A stretch of 64,000 nucleotides of DNA from Opitutales bacterium (GTDB lineage Bacteria; Verrucomicrobiota; Verrucomicrobiia; Opitutales; JAFGAQ01): contig JAPXRV010000009.1 in the NCBI GenBank assembly GCA_033813415.1, forward strand, positions 1,879-65,878, given 5' to 3'. The translations under genes and the position numbers were made by a program. Of the stretch, positions 19,573 to 30,526 are shown one piece after another. Below the pieces are notes generated by a model that was not told the origin of the DNA, did not search any database, and worked only from the letters and a program-made list of their open reading frames with translations. The first letter of the stretch is position 1, and each line of letters begins with the position of its first letter.

Positions 19573-22500
19573 TTGCCGATGTTCGACAATCTGACTGCAT
19601 CTGCGAAATCGATGCGGATCATCCGGATTTGGTTGCGAATACGATCTCACTGTTTATCGTTTGTCTCACTTCCTGTGTCAGGAAGGAACGCTTTGCATAC
19701 TCTTGTTCATTGTAGGCTGACATGGTTGATTCTGTTGGTTGCTGCCATCGGGAATGGTCGTTTGTTTTCGCAAGGAGCGGATCACACCGATAATGGAATT
19801 CCGTTCTACTCGGTTTATAATCTGGAGGAACTGGGTCTTGGGTTGTCCTCCTTTCGTTTGTATCAGGATGATCTAGGTCGGATTCTTGCCTATGAGGATG
19901 GCAATATCTTTGTCTATGATGGCCGGAGTTGGACTTCTCTCTCGGGGGGGCATGCGGGGAATCACGGTATCGTGGTTGCCATGGAGAGCGGGACGGATGG
20001 CAAAATCTATGCCGGGACGGTGAGCAACTGGGGTTATCTTGAGCCGACGGTGTCTGGTAACTACCAATTTGTGCCGCTTTCAGATGATGTGGAGGATATC
20101 TCCTGGACTTCGGCGAACCGTTTTAACCACATCATTCCCTATGAGCATGGCGCTGTTTTTATCGGAGAGTTGGCTGTGGTAAGGTACGACAGCCGGAAGG
20201 GCAATCACGTTTGGCGTTGGCTCAACAATCCCACAGGAGGATTCACTCTGAATGGACAGATCTACATCACGACTGAGTGGGAGGGCGTCTATCGGATCGA
20301 GGACAATCAAATGGTCCGGGTTGATTCTCTAAAGCGTTTTCAGGGTGACTTGGCGTTATTCCACCAGGTTCAGATGAAAGAAAACGCCGTGATTCTGGCG
20401 ACGCGAAATGGTGGGATTTTCCGATTCGATGGGGAGCAAATGACTCCGGTGGTGACCGAAATCGATGGGGTATTGGAGAAGGGGATCGTGGCGATGTGTC
20501 GGGTCGGTGACGGTTACCTTGCCGTTGCCGTGAAAGGAGAGGGGTTGTTCTTCCTGGACGAAAGCCTCCGGGTGATCACGAGTATCCGGAGAGAAGTGGA
20601 TTCCAGTTTCATCATGGTAAGGGATCTATTTTACCAGGAAGAGGGGATCCTATGGGTATCAATTCCAGATGGGATCGCGAAAGTCTATTTCCCCTCCCAG
20701 CTTTCCCTGCTCGATCAGCGGATGGGTCTATTCCTGGATTGGCCAAAGATTCAGCGTTTTGATGGGGTTTTGCACATCATCACGGATGGGAACATCAACC
20801 GGGCTCAATACGATGAGAACGGAAGACTGGAAGGTTTTGAGCCGATCCGGATCCCGGGCAATCCGGTCTTGCGGTGTGCGGCAAAAGTGGCGAATGGTGT
20901 GCTGTTTGGCTCGAAGGATGGGATCGGGTTCTTCGATGAAACGCAAGGAACGGTTACTATGCTGCAGCCCGAACTCAGCGGGAACATGTTCTTTTTCCCA
21001 TCGAAGTATCCGGATCGTGCGGTGGTTCTGGGAATTGACTTCAATGTTTTGCTTGAGCGGGATGGTTCGGGATGGCGCGTCATCGGCGAGAAACAACCTT
21101 CAGCAGGCTACAGTTGTGTGAGTATTGAGTCGCCACAGGGGGAGATCTGGGTGGAACATGGCTTGGGACGGATCTCCAGGATCGAGATTTTGGATGACGG
21201 GATTCGCGTGAATGACATCCGGAATATCCCAGGCATTGATGAGGCATGGATCAATGTGTGGATCGATCAGGGAGAAGTGTATATTTCCACCAGCATTTCG
21301 ACTGCACGCTACAATCCGGATACGAAATCCTTTGAGGTCGGCAAGCGTCCTGAATGGCTGACAGATAGCGTATTGTCGGGGATGGCGCGCCCCATGCGCG
21401 ATTTGGACGGATCGATCTGGGTTCCGAGTTTCGGGCAGATCTACAAGTTGCGACCAGATGGAAATGGGGGATACAAAACCGATTTCGAGACCCTTCGGTT
21501 GATCAAGGAGAACAACCAGCAGGTTATTCTTGAGGAAGATGGTTCCGCTTTCATTTTCTCGCGCAGCCGGGTGATCCGTTACGATCCCGGGATCCGCACC
21601 CCCGGGGTAAGCCCACGATCTCCTGTAATCAGCGAGATCAGAGTCAGCAACAGTGATCAGGTCATTCAGACGGCCATGCGATCGGACCCGGCCACCGGTC
21701 TGATCTTGCCGTACTCGCAGAACGGATTGAATTTCCGGATGTTCACGCCTGCCTACTCTCTCAGCAAGCCGCCATCCTACAGTTATTTCCTGGAGAACTA
21801 TAGCAAATCCTGGTCGCAGCCATCGCAGGAGAACACGGTGTCGTTTACGAATTTATTCGAAGGCAGTTATTGTTTCAGGGTTCGTCTTCTCGATGCGAAA
21901 GGCATGCCTCAAGGGGAAACATCGTTTTCGTTTACGATTGAGGCACCCTTTTACAGGACCCATTGGGCGTATCTGGCCTATGCCGTGGGAGCCTTGGCGC
22001 TGGTGTTCGGAGTTGTGAAGGCGGTGATGGTGCGGTCCGAGCGCGAAAGGCTTCGCCTTGAGCGGTTGGTGAAGGCCCGGACCGAGGAGCTTGACCACGC
22101 GAATGCTGAGCTGCAGGTCGCTGTGGTTGAGGCTCAGAAGGCGAATGAAGCGAAGGGTCAGTTCCTGGCTTCGATGAGTCACGAGATCCGTACGCCTATG
22201 AATGGAGTTGTTGGTATGGCGGATATGCTGATCGAGACTCCGCTATCTTCCGAGCAGCGTGAATTGGTGGAGATCATCAATAAGAGCGGAAACGTGCTGC
22301 TGTCGGTCATCAATGACATTCTGGACTATTCGAAGATCGAAGCTGGCAAGATCGATTTCGAGTCCATTCGTTTCCTGCCATCTGATCTTGTGGATGATGT
22401 GTTGGACATTCTGGGGTCAAAGGCCAATGCCAAAGCACTTGAGTTTTTCAGCGATATTCGGCCCGAAGTTCCCCATGCGGTTGAGGGTGATGTCACCCGC

Positions 22501-23694
22501 ATTCGCCAAGTCCTTGTGAATCTGGCGTCGAACGCGATCAAGTTCACGACGTCCGGCGAAGTGGAAATCAGGGTTTCGTCGGAGGAGGCCTCTGACGGGC
22601 GGGTTATGGTGGAATTCATGGTGCGGGACACCGGAATTGGAATCTCTCAGGACAAGATGAGCCGGTTGTTCAATTCGTTTTCCCAGCTGGATGCTTCTGA
22701 CTCCCGGCTTTATGGAGGCACCGGTCTCGGTCTTGCCATATCGAAACGGCTTGTGGAGTTGATGGGTGGGCGGATTCAGGTGGAGAGTGAGGAGCGGAAA
22801 GGTTCGTGTTTCAAATTTGGCCTACCGCTCCGCCTTGTCCCGACGGATTTGGAGTTGGAACAAAGTCCAACTCCTCTTCAAGGGCAGCGCTTGCTGTATG
22901 TTGACTATTGTGCCCGCCGAAGGCAGGTCGTGTCGGAGTGGCTGACTTCCCGGGGCGCGGAAGTGGTGGCTACCGGAGAAGTCGATAACGCATTGGCTCT
23001 TCTACATGGATCGGATCGTTTCGACACCGTGTTGGTGGACTCGATCCCTGGCTTGTTTGCCTGGAGAAAACTAGCTGACGAGTTAGCCGGGCATTTCCGG
23101 ATGCGGCCACCGAACCTCCTTGCATTCCGCTATCCCCTCGAGAAGGTAGAACACAGTTTTGTCACGGCATCCCTTTCCAAGCCGTTTAAGCAGCGCCAAC
23201 TGGTGCAAGTGATCGAAAGCATAGGATCTGCGGAAGACTACTCCTCGGCTGCATTGTCTGAAATGTCTGAGACCAGACTTCGCTCGTTGGGGGTTCGTCA
23301 ACCGCTTTCGATTCTGCTGGTGGAGGACAATCGGGTGAATCAGCAGGTGGTTTCCCATATGCTTCGCCGGATGAGCTATCCCTGCGATGTTGTTGCGAGT
23401 GGTGAGGATGCTTTGGCAGGATTGCAAACGCGCTGCTATGACCTGGTGCTGATGGACCTGCAGTTGCCCGGCATGGATGGTTTTGAAACCGCGCGCCGCA
23501 TCCGAAAGGATATCCCGTCGGAGAAACAGCCACGGATTATTGCTTTGACGGCGGGGTCGATGGCAGGGGACTACGATCATACGGTTGAGGCCGGCATGGA
23601 TGGGTTCCTCATCAAGCCTCTCCGGATCGAGGATTTCTCGCATCAGCTACGGGAGACTTATGTGAAGCTCCAACTCCAACGCTCCGCCGAATAG
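19573..23694 (+). CDS. Hybrid sensor histidine kinase (beta-propeller/Y_Y_Y sensor, TM, HisKA, HATPase, two receiver domains)
   Basis: YSYFLENYSKSWS (Y_Y_Y), FLASMSHEIRTPMNG, NLASNAIKFT, DTGIGI, GTGLGL, LLVEDNRVNQ...DLVLMDLQLPGMDG. True start uncertain, probably downstream of 19573. Confidence 0.92.
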   Translation: MPMFDNLTASAKSMRIIRIWLRIRSHCLSFVSLPVSGRNALHTLVHCRLTWLILLVAAIGNGRLFSQGADHTDNGIPFYSVYNLEELGLGLSSFRLYQDDLGRILAYEDGNIFVYDGRSWTSLSGGHAGNHGIVVAMESGTDGKIYAGTVSNWGYLEPTVSGNYQFVPLSDDVEDISWTSANRFNHIIPYEHGAVFIGELAVVRYDSRKGNHVWRWLNNPTGGFTLNGQIYITTEWEGVYRIEDNQMVRVDSLKRFQGDLALFHQVQMKENAVILATRNGGIFRFDGEQMTPVVTEIDGVLEKGIVAMCRVGDGYLAVAVKGEGLFFLDESLRVITSIRREVDSSFIMVRDLFYQEEGILWVSIPDGIAKVYFPSQLSLLDQRMGLFLDWPKIQRFDGVLHIITDGNINRAQYDENGRLEGFEPIRIPGNPVLRCAAKVANGVLFGSKDGIGFFDETQGTVTMLQPELSGNMFFFPSKYPDRAVVLGIDFNVLLERDGSGWRVIGEKQPSAGYSCVSIESPQGEIWVEHGLGRISRIEILDDGIRVNDIRNIPGIDEAWINVWIDQGEVYISTSISTARYNPDTKSFEVGKRPEWLTDSVLSGMARPMRDLDGSIWVPSFGQIYKLRPDGNGGYKTDFETLRLIKENNQQVILEEDGSAFIFSRSRVIRYDPGIRTPGVSPRSPVISEIRVSNSDQVIQTAMRSDPATGLILPYSQNGLNFRMFTPAYSLSKPPSYSYFLENYSKSWSQPSQENTVSFTNLFEGSYCFRVRLLDAKGMPQGETSFSFTIEAPFYRTHWAYLAYAVGALALVFGVVKAVMVRSERERLRLERLVKARTEELDHANAELQVAVVEAQKANEAKGQFLASMSHEIRTPMNGVVGMADMLIETPLSSEQRELVEIINKSGNVLLSVINDILDYSKIEAGKIDFESIRFLPSDLVDDVLDILGSKANAKALEFFSDIRPEVPHAVEGDVTRIRQVLVNLASNAIKFTTSGEVEIRVSSEEASDGRVMVEFMVRDTGIGISQDKMSRLFNSFSQLDASDSRLYGGTGLGLAISKRLVELMGGRIQVESEERKGSCFKFGLPLRLVPTDLELEQSPTPLQGQRLLYVDYCARRRQVVSEWLTSRGAEVVATGEVDNALALLHGSDRFDTVLVDSIPGLFAWRKLADELAGHFRMRPPNLLAFRYPLEKVEHSFVTASLSKPFKQRQLVQVIESIGSAEDYSSAALSEMSETRLRSLGVRQPLSILLVEDNRVNQQVVSHMLRRMSYPCDVVASGEDALAGLQTRCYDLVLMDLQLPGMDGFETARRIRKDIPSEKQPRIIALTAGSMAGDYDHTVEAGMDGFLIKPLRIEDFSHQLRETYVKLQLQRSAE

Positions 23695-23761
23695 GGCCTC
23701 TATGAGGATCAAATCATCATCCGCAGAATGAAAGCTGAGGCGTGTTGCCAGACTATTTGTC

Positions 23762-24739
23762 ATGATGGATTCTGACCCGGAGATACCGGATCATCCGGAT
23801 CGTGTGGATTCCGATGTGGACGAGCATCCCGGATCCGGTGGAGAGGTCGTGGGACGTTTCCCATCCTACGATTCTTCCGGTGACTGCGTGTTGTTGATCC
23901 TGTCGATGGGGATTCCCTGCTGGATCTTCCTGAGGGACGGGTATTATGAGGTTATGGTCGAGCGGGCCCATGTTCAAGCCGTCCGAAAGCAAATGGAGGT
24001 CTCTTCACGGGAGAACGCTCACTGGCCACCACGGCCAATCAAACCCGGGCCCCAAATGTGGCGCAGTGTTCCACTCGGGTATCCTTTGGTGGTTTGTGCC
24101 GTAATGGGATTATTCTACGCACTCCAACATCACTATTTTGGTTCGGGAATTCTTGCCCGTGTGGCTGGGCTGGACGCATCAGCCGTAGTGGACCATCACC
24201 AATGGTGGAGGCCACTAACCGCGCTGATGTTGCACGGGGACTTATCCCACCTTCTAGGCAACCTGGGGATGGGGTTTGTGTTCGCATGGTTTTTGTCACG
24301 CTCATGGCATGTTTCGGTGATTTTCGCCTCCGTGTCTTTGAGCGCATGGCTGGGAAACTCCATCAATGCGTTCTTCCAATACCCGGATCCGCGTTTGTCC
24401 TACGGGGCTTCCACTGCCGTATTTGCTCTGGTGGGGCTGATTGTGGGTAACGCGATGACGGAGGGGGTTCCACCAGCGGGGAAGCATCCGATCCTGCGGC
24501 TTTTTTTTCCGCTTCTCACTGGGATCATCATTCTTGGGTGGTGGGGAACGGCCGGGGCCAACACAGATGTCTCGGCTCACGTATTCGGCCTCGCTTCAGG
24601 GATTCCGATTGGGGTTTTAGGGGCCAGTGTGAATCGATTATCGGGGCACCGGCTTCGTCTCTTGCTTGGCTTTTTGAGTGCAATCGCCTTCATCGCATCA
24701 TGGTTCATGGTCTTTCTTGTAACGGGTTTCTTTGCCTGA
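23762..24739 (+). CDS. Rhomboid-family intramembrane serine protease
   Basis: QWWRPLTALMLH, HLLGN, catalytic YGAST and SAHVFG; soluble N-terminal domain. Confidence 0.9.
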   Translation: MMDSDPEIPDHPDRVDSDVDEHPGSGGEVVGRFPSYDSSGDCVLLILSMGIPCWIFLRDGYYEVMVERAHVQAVRKQMEVSSRENAHWPPRPIKPGPQMWRSVPLGYPLVVCAVMGLFYALQHHYFGSGILARVAGLDASAVVDHHQWWRPLTALMLHGDLSHLLGNLGMGFVFAWFLSRSWHVSVIFASVSLSAWLGNSINAFFQYPDPRLSYGASTAVFALVGLIVGNAMTEGVPPAGKHPILRLFFPLLTGIIILGWWGTAGANTDVSAHVFGLASGIPIGVLGASVNRLSGHRLRLLLGFLSAIAFIASWFMVFLVTGFFA

Positions 24740-25017
24740 CGGGAATTCTGGATACATCAATGGATTTGAATCGAATGGGATGGTAAAGGTTGTGGTCTCC
24801 ACCTTGTTGACGTTGGCGATATGCAAAGCGACCCTATATGAACAGGTTTTCTCCATTTTTAATAATAAGGTTGTCGCCCGGGTATTGTTGGGGGAAGTGA
24901 TGCCGTCATTTGACAGAATCCGGAGTTCCTGCCCTTATAGATGCGATTGGCCAACAACGGGACTCAGGGGTGATAGTGAATGCGGTTTTGGAGCGTCCGA
25001 AGCTGTGATTCGGCCTC

Positions 25018-26568
25018 ATGAGCTCCGGTATTTCCACCATTTTGAAATCGATAACCGTGCAGCAGCCTTCCAGTTTTCCATCGCAACCCCTACCAGTCGG
25101 GCAAAGGATCCCGTCCTCCCCTCACGCGGTGTCCGTAAGTCTCCCGAGCATCGCCGATGTTATCGCTTATGAGAACAAGGAACCCCGGACAATGGCGAAG
25201 ATCGGATCGGGCTATCCCCGCTTTGTCCAGCATAGCTACATCCGGAGGGTTTGCGAGGAGTTGAGGTCTCGTCTGTCGAAGGCTCAAGACACCGTATCTT
25301 TTGTGATGGGATCAATCGCAGCGTCCAAGGATGCTATTCATCAGGAACACCTCGAAGCATGCGAAGTGGATCAAATCGGAGATTGGGCGCTGGTAACCGT
25401 TCCCGCAGCGGACAGCAACGTTCGCTCGGCTTTAGTGAGCTACATGCAGCACACGGGCGCCGGTCTTTCATCACGGGAGGCTGAGGACTGGCTTGTCGCA
25501 GAGGGATTGGAGTCTTCGGCATATCCGGAAGCGCGTAAGGCGGATGGAGTCCTTGCAAAGGTTGAGAAATGGATGGGCTCATCGGTTCCTGCGGACACAA
25601 TCCTATGCAAGAGCGGCATGAACGCATTTTATGCCTCCTTCCAGGCTGTGAACGATTTGCAGGTCCCCAAGGGCAGAACCCAATGGGTGACGATCGGGTG
25701 GTTGTACCTCGATACCATGAAGATCATGGCCCGCTATCAGAGGCCGGGATGTGGCCATGTTTCATTCTCATGGACCGTGGATTCAGGCGAGATCCTGCGA
25801 TATCTTGCAAGCGAAGGGCAACGCATAGCTGGCGTGGTCATGGAGGCTCCCACGAACCCGATGGTATGGACTCCGGATTTGGAGAGGATCACATCCGTCT
25901 GCCGACGTTTGGACATTAAGCTTGTGGTCGATCCGTCGCTGGTCTCCCCCGCTAATGTGGATGTATCCCCTTGGGCTGACCTTGTGCCGTGCAGCCTCAC
26001 GAAATATGCGGCGCACAGCGGGGATGTGATGATCGGATCGGTTTCGGTTTCATTGGATACTCCGGATGGCCAGTATTTGGCGTCGAGGGTTCGGCATTGG
26101 GCCCAGCCACCATATGCGGGCGACCTTGAACGCCTGGGCTTTCTATTGGACGGTGCCCATTCGATTCTGGATCTGATCAACCTCAACACCTGCCGGTTGG
26201 TGAGTTTTCTCGAGTCCCATCCTCGCGTGGATGTTGTTCGTTGGGCCTATCATCCGGCCAGCGCGGCATCTTTTCAACGAATAGCCCGCAAGGAGGATGT
26301 CCCAGGCAGTGTGGTGTCTCTGCGATTGAAAGATGGCTTTGCCCGGTTTTACGACAAGCTCAGGGTGTTCAAAGGCCCCAGCTTTGGAACCGCATTCTCG
26401 TTGGTTTGTCCCTATCTTTACATCGCTCACTATGACCTTGTCAGCACGCCGGAAGGCTGCGAGGCGATTCGGGCGCAAGGACTGTTTCCTGACTTGGTTC
26501 GTCTCTCAGTAGGGACTGAACCCATCGACGAGCAGATTGAAGTGTTCCGCGAAGCGCTTGAATCATGA
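25018..26568 (+). CDS. PLP-dependent trans-sulfuration enzyme (cystathionine gamma-synthase-like)
   Basis: KSGMNA, MEAPTNP, VVDPSL, PLP-lysine SLTKY, GPSFG, LVRLSVG. Confidence 0.88.
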   Translation: MSSGISTILKSITVQQPSSFPSQPLPVGQRIPSSPHAVSVSLPSIADVIAYENKEPRTMAKIGSGYPRFVQHSYIRRVCEELRSRLSKAQDTVSFVMGSIAASKDAIHQEHLEACEVDQIGDWALVTVPAADSNVRSALVSYMQHTGAGLSSREAEDWLVAEGLESSAYPEARKADGVLAKVEKWMGSSVPADTILCKSGMNAFYASFQAVNDLQVPKGRTQWVTIGWLYLDTMKIMARYQRPGCGHVSFSWTVDSGEILRYLASEGQRIAGVVMEAPTNPMVWTPDLERITSVCRRLDIKLVVDPSLVSPANVDVSPWADLVPCSLTKYAAHSGDVMIGSVSVSLDTPDGQYLASRVRHWAQPPYAGDLERLGFLLDGAHSILDLINLNTCRLVSFLESHPRVDVVRWAYHPASAASFQRIARKEDVPGSVVSLRLKDGFARFYDKLRVFKGPSFGTAFSLVCPYLYIAHYDLVSTPEGCEAIRAQGLFPDLVRLSVGTEPIDEQIEVFREALES

Positions 26569-26783
26569 ACCCCTTGTTTGGAGATAAGTCACAAGTACCC
26601 GATGACTACGCGCTCATTCAAGCGCTCGGATCGTCGGAATCCCTCAGACTCGATCTCATTTCTTTCCTTGAATCAACCTATGGTCCCGTTGTCACGGAAT
26701 GGAAGTTCTACGGCAAAGGTTCGGGATGGATCAGGATGAGCAACGGGGTGGCGAATTTGATACAATGTGTCTTTCCGGTATGA
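26565..26783 (+). pseudogene. Truncated DUF3788-like protein fragment
   Basis: P-DD-L--LG...Y----EWKFYGKGSGW resembles the DUF3788 N-half, followed by unrelated sequence and an early stop. ATGA overlap with the upstream gene. Family call is from memory. Confidence 0.55.
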
Positions 26784-26906
26784 AATTCGCTTACAGTCGC
26801 TCGACATAACCCCTGGCGGCTTTTAGACTGTTCCGATGGAGAGACCGGAGCGGTAGATTATGAATTTGATTGAAGTCCGGTTTGGGGTCTCTACATCATC
26901 ACGCCC

Positions 26907-29900
26907 ATGCCAAAGCGCACAGATATCGAGTCCATCATGATAGTAGGTTCCGGTCCGATTGTGATCGGGCAAGCCTGTGAGTTTGACTACAGTGGAACCC
27001 AGGCCTGCAAGGCTCTCAGGGAGGAGGGATACCGTGTGATTCTGGTCAACAGTAATCCGGCCACGATCATGACGGATCCCGAGTTTTCGGATGCGACCTA
27101 CATCGAGCCGCTCATCCCTGAGGTGCTGGAAAAGATCATTGCCAAGGAAAGACCATCGGCACTTTTGCCGACATTGGGAGGGCAGACCGGGCTCAACCTT
27201 TCTCTGGAGTTGGCCAAGAGGGGTATTCTGGAGCAATACGGTGTTGAGCTGATCGGTGCCAAGCGCGAGGCCATCGAAAAAGGCGAGGACCGTGAGTTGT
27301 TCAAGAACGCGATGATCAAGATCGGACTTGATGTGGCCCGTTCGCATCGGGTGAATTCTTTGGAGAAGGCGAGGGAAGCGGCCTACGATCTTGGTTTGTT
27401 CCCATTGATTATCCGGCCCAGCTACACGCTCGGAGGTGCCGGAGGTGGCATTGCCTACAACAAAGAGGAGTATGAGGCGATGATTCAGCGGGGATTGGAT
27501 ATTTCCCCGGTGCATGAGGTGCTGGTGGAGGAGTGTCTGGTCGGGTGGAAGGAATACGAGATGGAAGTCATGCGCGACTGCAAGGATCAGTGCGTGGTGA
27601 TCTGCTCGATCGAGAATTTTGACCCGATGGGGGTTCACACCGGCGACTCCATTACGGTGGCGCCAGCCATGACCTTGACCGACAAGGAGTATCAGATGAT
27701 GCGGGATGCATCCTTTGCCTGTATTCGTGAGGTCGGGGTGGAGACCGGCGGTAGCAATATTCAGTTTGCGGTGAACCCGAAGAACGGACGCATGGTGGTG
27801 ATTGAAATGAACCCGCGGGTATCGCGGAGCTCGGCTCTGGCTTCAAAGGCGACCGGGTTCCCGATTGCCAAGATAGCCGCCAAGCTCGCGGTCGGGTATT
27901 CGCTGGATGAACTCAAGAATGACATCACCCGCGAGACGCCGACCTGTTTCGAGCCGACCATCGACTACGTGGTCACCAAGATCCCGCGCTTCACGTTTGA
28001 GAAGTTCCCGGGGGCAGACCCTATTCTCACGTCGAGTATGAAGTCGGTGGGCGAGGCGATGGCGATAGGACGGACTTTCAAGGAGTCCCTCCAGAAGGCT
28101 TTGCGCTCGCTTGAGACCCGGGCATGGGGATTTGGGGGCGGTGGTGCGTTTGGCGATCGCGAACCGAGGGAGCTGAGCGAGATCAAGTCCAGGCTGAGCA
28201 CTCCGCGCGCGGAGCGTATATTCTACATTCGCTATGCGTTTCTGGCGGGGATGACCGTCGATGAGATTCATCAGATTACGGCAATTGACCCATGGTTTCT
28301 CCATCAGTTGAAGGAGTTGGTTGAACTTGAGAACCAGCTTTCGACCCAGAGCATCAACAGTTTGGATGCTCCCATCCTGAGAGCGGCTAAAGATTCCGGG
28401 TTCACCGACACCCAGATCGCGCATCTGGTGGGCTCGCGTCGCCAGAAGATCCGGAAGCTCCGGGAAAGCCACGGCATCTTCACGACTTACCGATTGGTGG
28501 ATACCTGTGCGGCTGAGTTCGAAGCCTATACTCCCTACTACTACTCGTCCTACGGGGATGAGAACGAAATCAAGCCGTCATCGAAAAAGAAGATCATGAT
28601 CCTGGGTGGTGGGCCAAACCGGATCGGGCAGGGCATCGAGTTTGACTACTGCTGTGTCCATGCGTCTTTCGCGTTGCGCGAACTGGGATACGAGTCCATC
28701 ATGGTGAATTCCAATCCCGAGACGGTATCCACGGACTACGATACCTCCGATAAACTGTTCTTCGAGCCGCTGACCTTGGAGGATGTTCTGGAGATTTACT
28801 CGCAGGAGAAATGCGATGGCGTGATTGTTCAGTTTGGCGGACAAACTCCACTGAATCTGGCTTCCGAGCTTTCGGAGTATGGGATCAATATCATCGGCAC
28901 TTCCCATGAGTCGATCGAACGTGCGGAAGACCGCGGGTTTTTCCGGAACGTGTTGGAAAAGATCGCGTTGAAGCAGCCGGTGAACCGTACCGCCCGCAGC
29001 CCCGAGGAAGCCTATGAGATGGCCGGAGCAATCGGATTCCCGATTTTGCTCAGACCTTCGTTCGTTCTCGGAGGCCGCGGGATGTTCATCGTCTACGATA
29101 TGGACGAACTCAAGCGGGTGGTCAGGGAAGCCTTTGACGTGGCACCTGGAAAGCCTGTGTTGCTCGACAAGTTCCTTGAGGACGCGATCGAGCTGGATGT
29201 GGATTGTATCTCGGACGGCGAGACAGTAGTGATCGGGGGAATGCTCGAGCACATCGAGTTTGCGGGTGTGCATTCCGGGGACGCCGCGATGGTGCTGCCG
29301 CCACACACGCTTGGAAAGGCGATGCTCGATAAGGTTCGCGAGGCGACCTATGCGCTCGCCAAGGAGTTGAAAATCATCGGCTTGATGAACATCCAGTACG
29401 CGATAAAGGATGGCGAACTCTACATTTTGGAAGCCAATCCGCGGGCTTCCCGCACGATTCCGTTTGTGAGCAAGGCGATCGGGGTTCCCCTCGCAAAACT
29501 TGCCGCTAAGGTCATGGTGGGCAAGACCCTGCAGGAACTTGGATTCACGAAGGAAGTGATTCCATCCTATTTCTCGGTGAAAGAATCCGTGTTCCCCTTT
29601 GTCCGATTCCCGAACAGTCCGATCACGCTTTCTCCGGAGATGCGCAGCACGGGAGAGGTCATGGGTCAGGCATTCGACATGGGTATGGCTTTTGCCAAAT
29701 CCCAGATGGCCGCCCAGCCCTCCATTCCGCTGTCGGGAAATGTCTTCATTTCGGTCAAGGATTCCGACAAAGCGGCAGCTTGCCGCTTGGCAAGGTCCTT
29801 TGACGAGCTTGGTTTCACCCTTTGTGCGACAGAAGGGACGGCTTTGGCGATTCAAGAGGCTGGAATTCCGGTGAGCCGTGTGTTCAAGTTGAGCGAAGGT

Positions 29901-30137
29901 GGCCGGCCAAACATCGTCGACATCATCAAGAATGGGCAGGTGCAGCTGATCGTGAACTGTCCGAAGGGTATGATTCCCAGAAAGGATGATGACGCGATCC
30001 GGCGTGAGGCGGTCAATCGCAGCATCTGCATCATGACGACACTGACCAGTGCCTTTGCCGCCGTCGACGGTATCCGTGCGATGCGTACCAAGCCGCTGGA
30101 AGTCACCACCATTCAGGAATATCACCAGCATCTGTAG
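26907..30137 (+). CDS. carB: Carbamoyl-phosphate synthase large subunit
   Basis: MPKRTDI...[17 protein letters not shown], two ATP-grasp halves, C-terminal MGS domain; 1076 aa. Confidence 0.98.
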   Translation: MPKRTDIESIMIVGSGPIVIGQACEFDYSGTQACKALREEGYRVILVNSNPATIMTDPEFSDATYIEPLIPEVLEKIIAKERPSALLPTLGGQTGLNLSLELAKRGILEQYGVELIGAKREAIEKGEDRELFKNAMIKIGLDVARSHRVNSLEKAREAAYDLGLFPLIIRPSYTLGGAGGGIAYNKEEYEAMIQRGLDISPVHEVLVEECLVGWKEYEMEVMRDCKDQCVVICSIENFDPMGVHTGDSITVAPAMTLTDKEYQMMRDASFACIREVGVETGGSNIQFAVNPKNGRMVVIEMNPRVSRSSALASKATGFPIAKIAAKLAVGYSLDELKNDITRETPTCFEPTIDYVVTKIPRFTFEKFPGADPILTSSMKSVGEAMAIGRTFKESLQKALRSLETRAWGFGGGGAFGDREPRELSEIKSRLSTPRAERIFYIRYAFLAGMTVDEIHQITAIDPWFLHQLKELVELENQLSTQSINSLDAPILRAAKDSGFTDTQIAHLVGSRRQKIRKLRESHGIFTTYRLVDTCAAEFEAYTPYYYSSYGDENEIKPSSKKKIMILGGGPNRIGQGIEFDYCCVHASFALRELGYESIMVNSNPETVSTDYDTSDKLFFEPLTLEDVLEIYSQEKCDGVIVQFGGQTPLNLASELSEYGINIIGTSHESIERAEDRGFFRNVLEKIALKQPVNRTARSPEEAYEMAGAIGFPILLRPSFVLGGRGMFIVYDMDELKRVVREAFDVAPGKPVLLDKFLEDAIELDVDCISDGETVVIGGMLEHIEFAGVHSGDAAMVLPPHTLGKAMLDKVREATYALAKELKIIGLMNIQYAIKDGELYILEANPRASRTIPFVSKAIGVPLAKLAAKVMVGKTLQELGFTKEVIPSYFSVKESVFPFVRFPNSPITLSPEMRSTGEVMGQAFDMGMAFAKSQMAAQPSIPLSGNVFISVKDSDKAAACRLARSFDELGFTLCATEGTALAIQEAGIPVSRVFKLSEGGRPNIVDIIKNGQVQLIVNCPKGMIPRKDDDAIRREAVNRSICIMTTLTSAFAAVDGIRAMRTKPLEVTTIQEYHQHL

Positions 30138-30302
30138 CCGGCCGTCGTCAGGCACACAAAGGGGAGATTGTTTGAAACTCGTTCCGTAGCGGAACGCGTG
30201 AGAATTCTGTCTTCCGGATTCTCGCATTGGAGAAGAGTCTCTACCCCAGAGCGCAGAGGACACAGAGGTTGGAGACGATGGACGTTCGTGCTTCGCGTCC
30301 TT

Positions 30303-30329
30303 CCTCCATAGCTCTTCGAGCTATGGAGG
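30303..30329. repeat. Perfect 12-bp palindromic hairpin
   Basis: CCTCCATAGCTC-ttc-GAGCTATGGAGG. Confidence 0.8.
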
Positions 30330-30458
30330 TCACGCTGTGCTGGAAACACCTCATTTTCCGGACAGGATTTACGGGATTGAAGAAGATGGTCTCGCGCAGG
30401 GCTGCAGAGGAGCGGAGGAAAAATGAAGAGGAACCACGAAATGGGATTTCGGAGGGAG

Positions 30459-30486
30459 CGGCTCGGTGAGGACACCTCGCCCTACC
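30459..30486 (-). repeat. GTAG-type REP-like sequence
   Basis: Minus strand GGTAGGGCGAGGTGTCCTCACCGAGCCG: GTAG tetranucleotide followed by an imperfect palindrome. Confidence 0.55.
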
Positions 30487-30526
30487 GGGTTCGGGGATGA
30501 TACACGCTGTGCGAGTGTTCGGGACA

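Noticed and set aside
24740-25017. Possible SAM riboswitch or small ORF upstream of the trans-sulfuration gene
   Set aside because: No SAM-I core (AUCxAGAG...GCAACC...GUGC) is visible, and the ORFs lack an RBS or motifs.
28578-30263. 561-aa antisense ORF
   Set aside because: It lies wholly opposite carB and has no motifs. It is a codon-bias shadow, like 16854..17969, 40170..41024, 61388..62626, 26823..27638 and 1902..2834.
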